60,251 nucleotides of DNA from Reclinomonas americana ATCC 50394 (taxonomy: Eukaryota). The notes under the pieces were generated by a model. The model was not told where the DNA came from and ran no database searches. It worked only from the letters and a program-made list of their open reading frames with translations. The stretch covers positions 636,055 to 696,305 of the forward strand of contig PS015020.1 in the NCBI GenBank assembly GCA_048213135.1, given 5' to 3'. Below, piece by piece: positions 28,100-41,409 of this stretch; position 1 is the first letter of the stretch, and each line of letters starts with the position of its first letter. The position numbers and the translations under genes were made by a program.

Positions 28100-31000
28100 A
28101 TGGAGGATCGAGCTCCTCCACCGACGACCACGCTCGTCACTGCACAGTCGCTGACGGACTTTCAAGTTGAGAGAAAGAGATCACCTCTCACTCCCCTTTA
28201 CACACTCACTGACTGTGCACACGCGCAGGTGGAGTCCATTGGCTCCTCCTCGTCGCTGCCCACACTGGCCGCGCCCATTGCAGCCACCAACGCGACTGCT
28301 CCTGTCACAGGTGAGAGCCCACTGTCTCACTCTCTCTCTCCCTTGCTCCCCCTGTGTATGTCTGACTCCTGTGCACAGCAGCACCCGCTCTGCTCGACAG
28401 TCATGATCGCGTGACACGCGCATTCTCAGAGGCCATTGATGCCGCGTGTCCTCCTCCTCGCGCTCGCCCTTCTCCTCCCTCTCCGTCTGCATCTCCTGCT
28501 GCTCGTGTTGAGACGCCTCCAACTGCGACTTGGAAGTCGCCACTGATGACCATGACGCCGACCTCGGTGAGAAGGGAGCAGGGCGCAGGCGCACAGGTGG
28601 AGGATGCAGTGGAGGAGATCGCGCAGCCAGCGTCGAGAGAGGCAGCTGTGATGAGACCAGTGGCTTCGACGCAGCGTAGAATGATGCCGGGAACGCGACA
28701 GTTTGTGGAGGAAGAGGGCGGAGCTGCATCGCATGTGCATCAGCGCAGCACGTCGTTGCAGCCGGCCCTCTCGCTGCCGTTGCCGGAGGGGCTTGGAGGG
28801 GAACAGCAGCAGGGGGGAGGGCGACCGCAGTCGGCGTCTGCGCGAGCGAGTGCGAACAATAGTGCACGGCGTGCGGCTCCGTCTGTGGCTGGATCGACGG
28901 CACGTTCGTCGGCTGCCGAGTCGCAGTCGTCGTCTGCCTTGGCCACGGCGGCGCGAGAGCCGTTGTCGGTGGCGGAGGTGTTGACTACGGCGGTCACTGA
29001 TGCGCCACCTGCGGCTGCCGTTGTTGACAATGATGATGATGAGGATGTGCGTGGGAACAACGACGACCACCACGACGACGACGATGCCGACGAGAAGGCA
29101 GAGGAGCGAGTCACGGGTGCTGAACCGGGCGACGATTCGGCACCACCACCTGCACCAGCACCAGCTCCAGCAGTCGCCGCATCGGCGCCACCACCGCCCA
29201 CAGCCACCACCGCGCAGATTGACCGCGTAGTGGACGAGGATGAGGAAGACGATGAAGATGATGACGACAGTCACGGTTCGGGTCACGGCAAGCCGCGCGA
29301 GGGATGCATCGAGTTGTGGCGCGAATGCTGCAGTTCGGCCGTCATGTGGAACTGGTTGACGTGCGGAATGGTCGAACTGTGTCGCGAGCAGGCCGATGTG
29401 GCGGAGAACAAAATGTTGCGACACGCGCGGTAACGCATTTCGGTACTCGTTGGTCTCTTGTCGCTTACCCTATTACACAGTCGTTCAAGACCGACCATGC
29501 GTGATGGACCTGGCATCGATCCCGACGGCCTCTTCAACTTCTACTGGGGCCTCTTTGTGTTTGTTCTCGCTGTGTACACACTCCTCGAGGAGCCCTTGCG
29601 TATTGGCTTTGGTGTGCGGGTGCGTTGATTGTGTCCATCTTCCCCACTGTGTGTAATCACAATCCTCACACTGATTCTGTGTGCTCCAGGGCGACGACAT
29701 TGGTGCGCTGACGTTCAACACCCTGGTGGACATAGTGTTTGTGGTCGACATGGTGCTGCGGTCGTACACGGGATTCGAGACGTTGGAGCGAGTGATCTTA
29801 ATTCAGCAGCCTGCAATGCGGCGCAAGTACCTCACCAGCATGCTCTTCATTCTCGACATTCTCGCCGCGATTCCACTAGATTTCATCGGCATCGCCATTG
29901 GCCTCGAGTTGCGTCTCCCTCTGTTGCTACGCACGAGCCATGCCGTCTCTTATTGTTTCCTGTTCTGCCACAGTCCCATATTGCGTGTCAACAAGCTGTT
30001 GCGTATCACACGCGTCTCCGACTGGTTTGCACTGTGGGTGAAGAACACCGAGTTGAATCCGTCGCTGCTGCGCATCACGGTGCTTGGCTTCTGGATGTTG
30101 GCCATTATCCACTGGTTACGCACCCACTGCTGTGCCTCCTGAGTCGACACGCGAGATTCCATCTCACACCCGTGGCTGTGTAGGTTTGCTTGCTTCTTTT
30201 TCCTGACGGTGCGACTCAGCGAGGACAAGGACGCCGACTCGTTCTCGGTCACCGCGCATGTCAAGACGCTGGAGGTCGGACCGCAGGTCCTTCGCTCGCT
30301 ATATGTTGCGTTTCGCCAGTCCGACAAATGCTCTCTCTCTCTCTCTCTCTCTGCGCTCCCCTTGTTCTGACTATTTCGTGGGCGCGCGCAGGTGAGCCTG
30401 TTGAACATTGTCGGTTTCGGTAATCTCACGCCACGCACTGTGCCGCAAGCCGCCTACGCCATTCTACAGACTCTTGCTGGTGCCGGCATCTTTGCGTGCG
30501 TCTTCCATTCGTGGTCTCTCGCGTTGTTGAGATGCGACACTCACACTTCGTGATGCAGCGCCATTATTGGTGTCGTGAATGTGTTGCTGACCAATCTCAA
30601 CTCGAGCTACACGTTTTTCCGTCACACGCTCGACAGTGTCAATGACTATATGGCGTTGCGTGAGATACCCAGCAGGCAAGGGGTGGTCTCTGATAGCTAA
30701 AGGATCGATTGCAGGTTCCGAAAGCTGCCGCAGGGCATTCAGAAACACGTGCGCAACTACTACCTGTACTTGTGGAACTCGGGTCAAGGCGTGCAGGGAT
30801 CTAGCGTGCTGGACGATTTGCCCTTTGCGCTGAAGCGTGAGTTGCTTGCCACCCTCAATCGCGATGCTGTGAAGAAGGTCCGTGTTGCGCCTCCGTCTGC
30901 GTCACCACTGTGGCGGCAACTGACGGCGAGATTCGGTGCTGCAGGTGGCCATTTTCGCAAACGCCGACGACAATCTGATCGACACCATTGCCGCTCGATT

Positions 31001-31516
31001 GAAACCTGTCGTGTTTCTGCGCGGTTTCAACGTTGTGCGGTGCGTGAACTCTTCTGTTCCTGAACTGTTCTCCGTCTCGTTCTTACGCACTGAGCGACAC
31101 AGTGAGGGCGAGCCGGGTCGTGAAATGTTCTTTATCCACAAGGGCTCCGTGGAGGTCGTGATCACCAACGGCACTGTGGTGGCCACCCTCGGTCAGGGTG
31201 CCTTCTTCGGCGAGGTGGCTCTCACCTTTTCGAGTTGCGCCAAGGCTACTCGTACATGCATGTGCGACGCCTCGCTGCTCACCTCCGTGTCTTGGTGTAC
31301 AGCGCGACGCAATGCCTCGATTCGCGCCAAGGAACTGTGCGAGCTGTTCATCCTCACCAAGGACGACTTTGACACTGTCATGCGACAATTCCCCGACCAG
31401 AAGGAAGAGGTCTGCACTGGCTACGTACGGGTCTCTTGCGATGTTTACCTTGCACTCACTCACTCCTCATCCCTCGCACGCAGATCGTGCGCATTGCCGA
31501 ATCAAGAAAAAAGTAA
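28100..31516 (+). CDS. Cyclic-nucleotide-gated-type cation channel (6TM + CNBD) with a long low-complexity N-terminus; multi-exon
   Basis: IDPDGLFNFYW, LDILAAIPLDF, S4 PILRVNKLLRITR, pore SLY|VSLLNIVGFGNLTP, C-linker VNDYMAFRKLPQGIQKHVRNYYLYLW, CNBD EGEPGREMFFI...GAFFGEVAL...RRNASIRA. Confidence 0.9.
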
Positions 31517-31650
31517 TCATTACTCATATGTACATGGCTCATGTTTTGCTGTTAACAAGGTGGTGGGAGGTGATAGTGTGTGCATATGTTACGCGAATCG
31601 TTTATTGAACAAAAAAGAAAATCCATTTGCGCACACACCCCGTGCGTGGC

Positions 31651-34600
31651 TCATGCTGTCCTGCACTCGCCACGAGTGAACAAGTTGAACTTCTTGCCCT
31701 TGGCCTTGCTCTCCCACTTGGTGATGTTCTTCCGGTCTTCGGCCTTCATCAGTCGGTCGGCCAAGTCCTGCGCCTCATCCCAGATGGCCTTCAGTGCCTC
31801 GCCTTGCTCCTGCTTCGGCACCTCCAGAATCTTGCCAATGGTGCCGAGCGATTGCATTAACCGTACGCGGATGCGCGCAAAGTCGGCGTGCATGGTGTTG
31901 TTGTCCTTCTTGCGTTCTCGGATTTGCTTGCCGAGGCGCGTGAAGAAGTCGTCCTTCTTATTCGCCGAGGCCGCAGGCGGCGGCGCCGCAGGTGCACCGC
32001 CAGCGGGCGTCGCGGCCTGTGTCACCGCCTCCACGATGGTAGACGCCTGCCGCAAGCCGGATCGGTTCCACAGGAACACCTCGCCGAAGCTTCCCGACTG
32101 CCACAGGACAAGAACATGCAGTGAGTGTCACTTTCACGAGACAAGTGCGTTTCTTCCTTCGCACCTTGATGCCAATGTCGGCCATGAGGCACGCCTGACG
32201 GTTGTAGCGCGGACGCACCAGTGTCGGAATGTCGACCTCGAACAGAGAGACGCGGGCGGCCACACCGCCCTGCGCGAGACGCAGCGTGATGCCGACATCG
32301 GCGGTGATCTGCACGCCAAGCAGTGCCCGCATGCCACCAGTCACAGCCGGTGACTTGCCGCACGGGTACTCGGCGAGTGCGGAGAACTGGCCCAGTGAGG
32401 CCGTCAGCAAGACTCGGCCCTTGACGCAAATGGCGTCGTCTGCACCCAACACGATCATCAGTACGCAAAACGAGGAGCAAAAAACCAACAAATAAGTTGT
32501 GGTGGGGAACGAAACGATAGCAGTATTGGCCCTGCAGTGCGTGACTGCTGGTGAATGACTGGCGTGCCATGATATCCTGCGTGGTGGAGGAGGAGAACAC
32601 GTTCAGGCGGCGATCAACATTGTGGAAAAAAGAGGAGACAGGCGCTCACCGAAGCCTTTGGTGGTGCGCCGAGGAGGCACTGAGCACCGACGGCACTGAT
32701 TTGCGAGATGCGACCGACTTGTCGTGTCAGGTCCTTTTGCACGACGGCGACGCCAAAGAGCTGTGCAAATATGAGCCGGTGGAGGAGAGGCGTCAGTGAC
32801 ATGGACGAGGCGACATTACCTTGGTGCGGAACTTGGCACTGGCATCACCACCAAAGTACGGATACTCGGCGTGCACTCCTGCGCAACAAGCGGTGAGTGC
32901 ACGAGAGACGAGGCAACACACAGAGTGTCGTACGGCACCTGCACTGATGGCAATGCCTGTGTACTGCCAGAAGGAGACCGGCGTGCGCACTTTGGCATCC
33001 ACATGAGCACCCTCGGCACCGTTCACGCTGCGGCAAGAGAAAGAGCGCAGAGTGAGACGGCAGGTCAGTGTGCAACGGCAACTCATCGTTGAGTAAACAA
33101 TCACCTCGTCAATGGCACGGCTTGCAGCATGACGTCGAAGCGGCCGCCGAGATCACGCTGTATGATGCACACACGCAGTGAGACGGGAGAAATGGCACTC
33201 GCTGTTGTTCTGTGATGATGCAGACCTTGCCGTACGGTCGGCCCGCGTAGCGCCTATCATCACAGTGAGCGATCCCAAGCACCACAGAAAGAACAAGTCC
33301 ACAAGTGTAACTCACCACAGCCAGTCGTTCTTCTCAGTCTTCAGTGTGACGGCGCCGGTCTGAGCTTGAGACTGCGGCTGCACTGGTTGTGCGCCCTGTC
33401 CTTGCCCCTGTCCCTGCTCCTTCTGCTGCTGCTGCTGCTGCTGCTGTTGCTGCTGCTTCTGCTTGTTCTTCTCAGCTTGGGCATCGACACCGCGGCCCTT
33501 GCCTGACCAGTTGACAAACTCAGCGGCCAGCGTCTCGGCAATCTCCTCGGCGTGTCGGTCACGCTCGGGCATGCGCGCCGCAAAGATGTTGGCCAGGCGC
33601 TCCGTCAGACGCTCCTCCACTTCAGGATCGCGAGTGCTCTCCGAAATCATGACCAGCACATCATTCAGTTGCGCATTCGTCAAGTGCCTGCAGACACCAA
33701 AAACAACAGTGTCATCACACCCATGAGAAGCAGCTTCGCGTGCTGACGACGCTGTAAAGGTGCGCAACTGTTGCAACAAGTGCTGGAGTGCCGACGACGA
33801 CGTATCGTGGTGCGCCTTGTTGTCGACGGCCAGCGAGAACAGAGCCGACGAGGCCGACTTTTGCTCCAGCTCGCTGAGGAGTTCGACGCCGAGCTGGACG
33901 TGTTATCGAAGCGATTAGAAAAAAGAGTGGCATGGGTCTCGAAATCAGTGAGAACACACCTTGCGCACGGACGGGTTGGCGTGCAATGCGGCGGTGTTTT
34001 GGATGGCTGCCACGGCCGTGGTCGACCCGACGTTGGAGAGTGCCGACAGCAGTAATGAGACGCGGTGAGTCTTGCGGCGGTCACCGTCCTGTACCACACA
34101 CGCACACATTCATATGGCATTAGTATTAGGCACAGGTCGCTCAACACGCTGGTCACCGCAGCCCTCACTCACCGCGCCAAAGGCGTCGGCCAGCTGGCGA
34201 GTGAGCGAGTCGACAATGTGACGGTGCGCCGCGCGGCGAGGCGTGGTCTCAATGTTGCCCAACACGCCGCACAGCACCATCAGAGCCTACACACCACCAC
34301 CACCACCACCACCCAAATCAGTAATTAAATTACCAGGTGTAACCAACAACAAAAAAAAAGCAGCACCTGCTCATCGCCCTCCTCCTCCCACATGTTGTGG
34401 AGGCGGCGCACGGTGTCGTTGGAGTGCTGCTCGGTGCCAGTGTGGTACGCCCGGCGTGGCTTGACCAGGCCCAGCAGCGCTGCATTGCGCAAATGGTCAC
34501 CGGCTCTGCGCGACTCGGCCACCGCCAGCAGCGCACTCTGCGCCGTGGGCGTGTTGTGTGCGCCGATTGCGGAGAGAAGCTGCGGAGGGACATTGTCAGG

Positions 34601-37600
34601 AGAAGAGAGGGAGGAGACAGGGAAAGGAGGGAGAGAGAAAAGAGAGGTTGAGAGCGACAACGGCGCGAGAAAAGGTCGACTGCGGCGGGCACCATGCAGT
34701 AACACATGCAACACCCGGTAACCAAAGCCTACGAGGGAGAACTATGCTTCTGAACCAAGGGCAGCAGCAGCAGCAGAAGAAAGAGAGCACAAGAGAAAAA
34801 TACAGGTGCAAAGCTTCGGTTACAAATAAAGCAGAAGACACGAAGAGAACGAGACAGGTTGAGAAGCTGACACTTCTCAAGTACTCAAGTGCAGCAAAAT
34901 AAGAAGACACAGAACAACGTTTCAGTTACAAGTGCAGCAGTAAGAGAAGAAGAGAGGAAACTGGTGACAACGGAACAATGTGCACCAACAACTCACCGCT
35001 TGCAGCAACTCTGGCGCACAGCGCGACTCGTGCTGCGGCACGAGCTGGACCAGACGCAAGACGACTTTGTCGCGGTTTGTGTGCTGCGCCAACAAGTGGT
35101 GCAGCTCGGCGGGACTCATCTTGCCAGCGCAGGCACTGAGGGTCGAGAAAATGAGCGCACTCGCGACGCGAGGGTAGACAAGCATCAGCAACGCACCGCT
35201 CCACTTCCGCCTCAATGTCGTCGGCCGACAAACTCACAAAACCGAGCATCGTCGCGCCACGAGCATTGGCAGGCGACGTGTCGGCACGCGACGAGTAGCC
35301 GACTGGAATTCCAGCGGCGCGGAAGCGAGAGCGACGGGTGGCCAGCAGGTGGACCGTGTGCAGAATGCGTGTGCGCGTCATGAATCCCGGAGGCTGTCGT
35401 GTGGGGGAAATGGTGATGAGCCGGGAGAGAGCAAAGGGAGAGAAGTACGACAACAAAGGACAGGATAAAGAGAACCAATGACAGGGAACAGACAGACGTG
35501 GAAAAAAGACGACAAGTGAACGACAAGAGAGGATCATGAGGATTATCTTCTCCCTTCTCTTAAAAAGAGTCGTGTGACGCACCTGCTGGCCGGTAAGGGC
35601 TTCCACAATCTCCGCGTCGTGAATGCCGACTGTCGTATGGCATGACAAGAATCAGCAAAACACATTACCAGTCCGACAAAATCAGTGAGTGCCCACGCAA
35701 CACTCGGTGCGGTCGGCCAGATAGTGATCCACAAACGGCTTGGCACTCTGCGCATTGGCATTGCCGAATTCCACCTGCACAACTCCTGCGGTGAGCTCCC
35801 GAGTCAAGCGAATGCACAGAGAACCGTCACACACTCACCACTGCCTTGTCGGACATGGACTTGATGACACCGTGCTCAATTTCAGCATTGCCGCGCGACT
35901 GTTTCCGGCCCACAATAATGAGCAGAAAAGAACAAAAAGCAACAAAACACTTGTCGACGACGCACGCACCCGCACAGTGCCCTGCAGTTCCACGCTGAAT
36001 GTGGCCGACAGCGTCTCGAACGGGTAGCTGGCTTTGACATCGTTGGGAGCTGTCGGACCCAGGGCCACGGCAGCGGTCTCCACCAGCAAGACATTGGGGT
36101 CCGTGGGATGCATCATGACATCCGCACTGGAATGCGAAGAGGAAAGTGAGATATGGAACACACAGCGCGCACGCATGCACCGACTCACCGGCGCAGCATC
36201 GGGTGCGACGTGTACTCAGTATCCAAGAACTCAATGCTGCTTGGCGGTGGCGCTGGCGCCGGGGCTGCGGCCGGTTGTGCAGTCGGCGTCACCGGCTTGG
36301 TCAGCTGATCAGCGGGCACTGCCACGGCGGCGCCACGCAAGAACATGCCCTTGATGGCGGCAGCCTCGACGGACTCGTTCTTGTGCTGCCAAATCTTTTC
36401 AATGCGTCCAGTCTGCGACACACATACACACTCGCGCACGTTAGCCAGCACGCGCGACAACGCCATCTCCCGTCGCGACTCACCGGTGTCTGCAGCACAT
36501 ACAAGTCGTACTTGCCGAGGTCATCCATGAGGAGATTGGTCGACACAATGTCGAGCGAGCAGCGTCGGTACAGCCAGGCGTCGTTGGCTTGCACGCGGAA
36601 GACCACACCACCCGGTCCAACGTCCTTGAGCTGCGGAGTGGGGATGAGCAACTGCACTGCAACTTATTCCTCGGCCCACTTTGCCACATCTACGCAACAT
36701 TGCGCACAGGGCTGACGATCCACTCAATGCCAATCTTGCGTGCGTAGCAATTGTCGGCCTTGTTGACAATCGGCGTCTTGACGGCTGCAGTGCGCATGTC
36801 GGCAATGTCCTCCATCTCAACACTGGACTTGAAGAGGCAGTCGGTGCCGGCGCGGCACAGCAAGGCGCGCGCCAAGCGACCGTTCTGTGTGCACCAGATC
36901 GGGTCAATCAACAGAAAAACCGGAGTGGGAGTGGAGGAAACTCACCTGATTGATATCCTGCACCGACCACGCCTTTGGTCGCATGTACGCGGGAGCCTTC
37001 GGGTCGAACTTGAAATCGTCGAGCCAGCCGTCAATGGGGTTGCGCTTTGGCGGCGCGCGGCGTGCAGGTGCGCCACACGACGACGGCGGCGCTGCGAGAT
37101 CACCCGGGGGCGTGGTCGGCTGCACGGACGGAGGCGGTGGGGGCGGCAGATCCAGATCGTTGACGTGCGGCATGCCGTACGAGTCCGGGTGGTGCGTGAG
37201 GCGCGGAGGGCGAGGGGCGCGATCGGCCGGCACCACGTCGGCCGGATCGACACTCCACGGCCATCGAACCGGCTTCCTCTCGCCCGCCTGCTCGTCGTCA
37301 TCCACGCCTTCTGGCTCGCGCCGCTCATCCACCTCGTCGAGAGGATCGCGATTGCGGCGAGTGCGACGGCGACGGCGACCATCACTGCCACCATTAGCGT
37401 CGCTCAGCGGGTCGTCCATGCCCAAGTCGGCGTCGTCCTGCTGTCGCCGCCGTCGTTGGCGCCGGCGAGGCGTCAGCAAGTCGTCCAGCTCGTCCTCCGG
37501 TGACGAAGTTGCGCACTTTTTCACCGGCGACCACGCATCCTCATCAACAGCACCAGCGGCAGCGCCACCGTCAACATCGTCGGCGCCACGACGGCGACGG

Positions 37601-37926
37601 CGACGACGACCAGAAGCAGCAACGTCGTCGACGAGAGGATCGCGACGCTTACGCCGCCGCTCACCGTCCACCTCGTCGCGCAGCAACTTGTCTTCCTCGG
37701 CACCATCTTCGTCGTCATCCAGCGGCTGATCATGCTTATCGTCAACCACCAGTCCATCCGAGTCCACCACACGCTTCAGTCGGTTCACATCGCGTTGCTC
37801 CTTGCGCAGCGATCGCAGCGACTCGCCACCCACATCTTCATCACGCTGCGCCGCCGCGTGCATCACCAGCAGCGACAGGAGCACCATGCACAGCAGCACC
37901 GCCACGAGTGGTCCCAGGTCGCGCAT
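31651..37926 (-). CDS. Large secreted protein, possibly large-lipid-transfer-protein (vitellogenin N/MTP)-like; many exons
   Basis: Signal peptide MRDLGPLVAVLLCMVLLSLLVMHAAA, an acidic/Arg low-complexity region, LYVLQTP|TGRIEKIWQHKNESVEAAAIKGMF (resembles the LLTP N-sheet), helical LLSAIGAHNTPTAQSALL and LLLSALSNVG, then a beta-rich C-terminal half. The gene is well supported; the family call is tentative. Confidence 0.5.
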
Positions 37927-38275
37927 GCGAGAGACGGGGACTGCGGAGAGGGAAAGGAGAGAGAAGGGAGAGGTGAGCAAGTGGAGACTCTCGTGTGCAG
38001 ATCCTTCTCTCTTATCTTTCTCGTGTTTCTCAAGCGTTCTCCCACATGCTTGTGTGTGAGAGAGAGAGAGGGGAAGAGCGCAGAGAAGTGATGCAAGTTG
38101 ATGAAGGGTGAGATGGGGGCATGGAAGGACAAGGGTGTGGGGCGATTCAGCACAAGAGTGAAGGAGAGAGATAAGAGATGGCTGACGAAGTGAAGGGTTG
38201 GAGTAGAGAAAGAGAGAAAGAGATGTGTGTGTGTTTGGATGCATGCTTGACTCTTGCTCTCACTCTCACTCGTAT

Positions 38276-38355
<80 letters not shown>

Positions 38356-38941
38356 NNNNNNNNNNNNNNNNNNNNNNNNNNNNNNNNNNNNNNNNNNNNN
38401 NNNNNNNNNNNNNNNNNNNNNNNNNNNNNNNNNNNNNNNNNNNNNNNNNNNNNNNNNNNNNNNNNNNNNNNNNNNNNNNNNNNNNNNNNNNNNNNNNNNN
38501 NNNNNNNNNNNNNNNNNNNNNNNNNNNNNNNNNNNNNNNNNNNNNNNNNNNNNNNNNNNNNNNNNNNNNNNNNNNNNNNNNNNNNNNNNNNNNNNNNNNN
38601 NNNNNNNNNNNNNNNNNNNNNNNNNNNNNNNNNNNNNNNNNNNNNNNNNNNNNNNNNNNNNNNNNNNNNNNNNNNNNNNNNNNNNNNNNNNNNNNNNNNN
38701 NNNNNNNNNNNNNNNNNNNNNNNNNNNNNNNNNNNNNNNNNNNNNNNNNNNNNNNNNNNNNNNNNNNNNNNNNNNNNNNNNNNNNNNNNNNNNNNNNNNN
38801 NNNNNNNNNNNNNNNNNNNNNNNNNNNNNNNNNNNNNNNNNNNNNNNNNNNNNNNNNAGAAAGGAAAGAATGTGTTGTGTGTTTTGGTTAGTTGTCACTG
38901 TCTTCGTACTCTTCGTCTCTCTACTCTCTACTCTATCGACC

Positions 38942-38980
<39 letters not shown>

Positions 38981-39077
38981 GTGTGTGCGCGCATGTGCGT
39001 GTGTCTGTTTGGATGCACGCTTGACTCTTGCTCTCTCACACTCTCACACCCATGTCTCGCGCTTCTCCTGTCTCTCG

Positions 39078-39110
<33 letters not shown>

Positions 39111-39478
39111 GCTTCCCACACTCACCCGCACAACGTGTGCGACGATACACCAACTGCGCAGAGACTCCCAACGGAATGCACTCTTGTGCCTTTGCAGCAA
39201 CACGAGGGTGCACACTCTCCTCCATCACACGAAGGAAGGAAGGTGGGGATTCACACACGTCAAGTGGCTAATCACAAAAAGGAAGAGGTGCTTTGCGCAG
39301 AACAGAGAATTCCCGAACTCAAGTGATTGAGATATCTGGGCGCGAGCGTGCAATTGTCTCTGTCCAAGGGGGGACAAAGAAATTTGTGAGATATTCAGGC
39401 GAAGGAAGGAGGAGAGAGAAGGGAGAGAGAGAAGAAAGAGAGGGAGGAGAGAGAGACAGAGTGTGTGTGTGTGAGCTC

Positions 39479-39512
<34 letters not shown>

Positions 39513-39643
39513 AAGAAAGCCGTTTGCACTGCACCCGCTCGTACTATTAGAGAAACACCTGCTCGTGGACACGAAGCAGCCAGGCGTGCGATCGACGTCC
39601 GACGACTTCCGAACACTCGACGTCGTGTCCCTTTATTCGTCAA

Positions 39644-40499
39644 ATGTGCTGGTCAGCGCGCGTGTCTGTGACGTTTGCCGTGGTGGAACTGGCGTTGTGT
39701 GCCGTGCTGTGGCGACGTGCACGGCCGTTTGATCGATTCGCGTTGCCGTTTCTCGTGTTGTTGGTGAGCAAGCTGTGCTCTTCCTCTCACTCCTCCCCTC
39801 ACTCCTCCGCTGACCTCTCTCACTCAGGCGCTCATGGAGGCCACCGAGGCCTTGCTGTGGACTGTCGCCACCCCACACATCACAATCGAGTGCCCATCAC
39901 GCACCAATGTGTGGCTGACGCGCCTGGTCGGTGTCAACCTCTTCCTGCAGCCAGTGGCCGTCAACTGGTGGGCTTGGGGCACCACTGGTGGTGGCGAGCG
40001 TGCTCGTGAGCGCTTCTGGTGCGCTCTGCTGCTGAGTGCGGTGACTGCAGCTGTGGCCACGGCGACGCACCTCACCGGCCACTCGCTGGAGTCACTGCTG
40101 CTGCTCACCAGCAACAGCGGTGTGTCGGCGGTGACACCCGAGGCCGGACTGGCGACATGGCACTCCCTCGGCTTGTCGACGTGCACGTTTGTCGGGCCAC
40201 AGGGCCACCTGGTGTGGAAGTTCGCCGCGGGCGCCAGCAGTGCGGCCGTCGATGTGGCGCTGCTGCCCAACCAGTTTGCCTACTTTGTGCTGCTGCTCGT
40301 GCCAGTGGCGCTCTTCTATCGACCGCGCTGGCTCGGCTTGGCGTTCCTGGCGCTGCTGGTCGGCCTGCTGGTGGCCACTGTGGCGTGGTTGCGCGGTTCA
40401 CTGGCCGAGGCGTTTTCGGTGTACTGCTGGGAGGCACTGGTGCTGCATGTGCTCGTGCTGGCAATGTCGCTGTTGAGAGTACAGGCGAAGACCGAGTAG
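39644..40499 (+). CDS. DUF5765-like multi-pass membrane protein; one intron, 39764-39827
   Basis: N-terminal MCWSxxxS, then LMEATEALLW...C....N..LT, LQPV, and C-terminal EAFSVYCW. From memory this is the pattern of a family found in bacteria and giant viruses. Confidence 0.6.
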
Positions 40500-40542
40500 A
40501 GTGACGACGGAGTGTGTCCCGCGCGCCATTCATACCATCATC

Positions 40543-41409
40543 ATGCGCGCCGAAAGCGTTCGTTTCAACTTCTTCCTCACGGGCGTCATTATGCTCTTTG
40601 TGGGCTGCTACATGCCGCTGCTTGGCGGTCCGTACGTCGTCAACTACCGGTACATGGTGACGGTGCACTTGGAGTTTGTGACGAACGGGCTCATGCTGCT
40701 CGGCCTCGCTGCTGCCTGCACGTACATGCATCTGCCGTCGTTTGTGTGGACGCTCTACTGCATCGCTGCGCAGTTTGGCACGTGGCTCAATGGTGGCGCC
40801 TTTGTGGTTGGTGAGTGCAGGGAAGAGAAGAGTGTGCGAGAGGAAGTGAGAGAGAGAGAGAGCGAGCAAGAGGGGGAGAGAAGGAGTGTGCGTGTATGTG
40901 TGTGTGTGTGTGTGTGAGAGAGAGAGTGCGTTGATGACGTTGGCAGGGAAAGTGTGTTTTTCCGCTGTGTCGTGATCTCAGCAGCACTGCGACGCCGCCG
41001 GCATGTCCGACTTGGAGTTGTGCTTGCTGTCTCTCATGCGCCGCCTCTTCTCTCCTCTCCACTCCTCCTCCTGTCTTCCTCGCACCTCGTTGCGTGCACC
41101 GACGTTGAGATTCTCCTTTTTTGCATTGATTTTGCGCACCAAAACAGCCTTTTTCCGCAGCATGTGCACGTGTCTCATTTGCTCCTCCGTGCAGGCGCCT
41201 TCACGGGCTCGGCATCCAACCTCGGCCCCCTGGCCAACTCGCAGTCCAAGGACGGCACTGCCAACACCAACGGCGCTTACTCGGGTCTCATTGACGGCAT
41301 GCTCATTGGCTGCGTCATTGCCCTGCTGGTGGTGTTCCCTGTTGCGCTGTGGGGCTTGGTGGCTGGACGCAATGCCACCGGTACCAGCAAGGGCGCCAAG
41401 GGCAACTGA
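40543..41409 (+). CDS. Small multi-pass membrane protein, styrene-oxide isomerase (StyC)-like; intron 40811-41194
   Basis: About four hydrophobic segments. Motif TVHLEFVTNGLMLLGLA (H-x5-NG) and a downstream GTWLN resemble StyC-family AH..P..NG and GW.N. Confidence 0.5.
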
